A stretch of DNA of 19,037 nucleotides from Acaryochloridaceae cyanobacterium VAR_48_metabat_390 (GTDB taxonomy: Bacteria; Cyanobacteriota; Cyanobacteriia; Thermosynechococcales; Thermosynechococcaceae), in contig JANPLU010000064.1 in assembly GCA_031422435.1 (NCBI GenBank), positions 1 to 19,037 of the forward strand, in the 5' to 3' direction. The notes under the pieces were generated by a model. The model had not been told where the DNA came from. It did no database searches and was given only the letters and a program-made list of their open reading frames with translations. Position 1 is the first letter of the stretch. Each line of letters opens with the position of its first letter. Positions 18,434 to 19,037 of the stretch are shown piece by piece. A program made the position numbers and the translations under genes.

Positions 18434-19037
18434 ATGCGCAACTTCCGCAATTATTACGAGATTCTAGATGTCCCGACTAGTGCCACCAATGATGATATTA
18501 AGCGCGCCTACAGACGCTTAGCACGTCAATATCATCCAGACCTAAACCCTGGCAACAAAGAGGCAGAAGAACGGTTCAAAGACACGAGTGAAGCCTACGA
18601 CGTCTTGTCAGATGCAACTAAGCGTGCCCAATACGATCGCTTTGGGGAGTATTGGAATCAGCAGGGCTTTAAAAATGAGGCTCCCGCCACCGCTCGCCCC
18701 CAGAGTTGGGGAGAACGCACTAAAACCTCTGCTCCTGGATCTGAAGATGTGGATTTTAGTAAGTACGCAGACTTTCAAGAATTTGTCGATCAGTTAATGG
18801 GTCGTCGTCAAAAGGCCAGCGGCAGTAACGCAAATACTCGCGCTGCTGGACGCTCCCCCGAACCCTCTCGTGCAGGTGCAGCAGCAAAGGCTCCCGCAAC
18901 AGATGCCCGAGGGCGACGGGATGCTGAAGCACGGCTGGTAATTTCCCTAGAGAAAGCTTACGCAGGCGGACGAGAGCGGATTCGGCTCGAAGATGGGCGA
19001 TCGCTGGAGGTCAATATGCCGACGGCGATGGTGAGCG
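18434..19037 (+). CDS. dnaJ: Class II (CbpA-like) DnaJ protein, 5' part (runs off the window edge)
   Basis: Not in the ORF track. ATG 18434 gives [13 protein letters not shown]...[12 protein letters not shown] (HPD motif) and continues in frame to [26 protein letters not shown]. No zinc finger seen. Confidence 0.94.
   Translation, partial: MRNFRNYYEILDVPTSATNDDIKRAYRRLARQYHPDLNPGNKEAEERFKDTSEAYDVLSDATKRAQYDRFGEYWNQQGFKNEAPATARPQSWGERTKTSAPGSEDVDFSKYADFQEFVDQLMGRRQKASGSNANTRAAGRSPEPSRAGAAAKAPATDARGRRDAEARLVISLEKAYAGGRERIRLEDGRSLEVNMPTAMVS

Noticed and set aside
18219..18467. 82-aa ORF (LTPNPSPRTGEG...)
   Set aside because: It is the translation of the MITE/REP-like repeat and overlaps the dnaJ start out of frame.

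Overview
A cyanobacterial chromosomal segment. It has about 27 HIP1 GCGATCGC octamers, and the D1 N-terminus and ndhC-ndhJ arrangement suggest the Acaryochloris/Thermosynechococcus side of the tree (inference). Most of it is housekeeping: the 5' end of psbA, a tail-anchored coiled-coil protein, a GT39-like membrane glycosyltransferase, def, pheS, fabG, a small RlpA-type protein, a lemA / M48 protease / msrB / DUF2252 / mgtC run, ndhJ and ndhC (no ndhK), pdxJ, a cytochrome c6-like protein, a short SepF paralog, egtD, a dnaK3-type gene and the 5' part of a class II dnaJ. I found no tRNA, rRNA, CRISPR array or transposase. The best signals are small: (1) a 36-nt hairpin-rich insert that appears to split a HIP1 site in frame inside the DUF2252 gene; (2) a 180-bp MITE-like element with 18-bp terminal inverted repeats around a REP-like double hairpin, between dnaK and dnaJ; (3) ndhK missing from ndhC(K)J, with a 16-codon bridge ORF in its place; (4) a 17-bp motif mirrored in front of the divergent rlpA and lemA genes; (5) an orphan 82-aa ORF upstream of pheS. 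The sequence alone does not support a large novel multi-gene system. All calls come from motif recognition; no searches were run.
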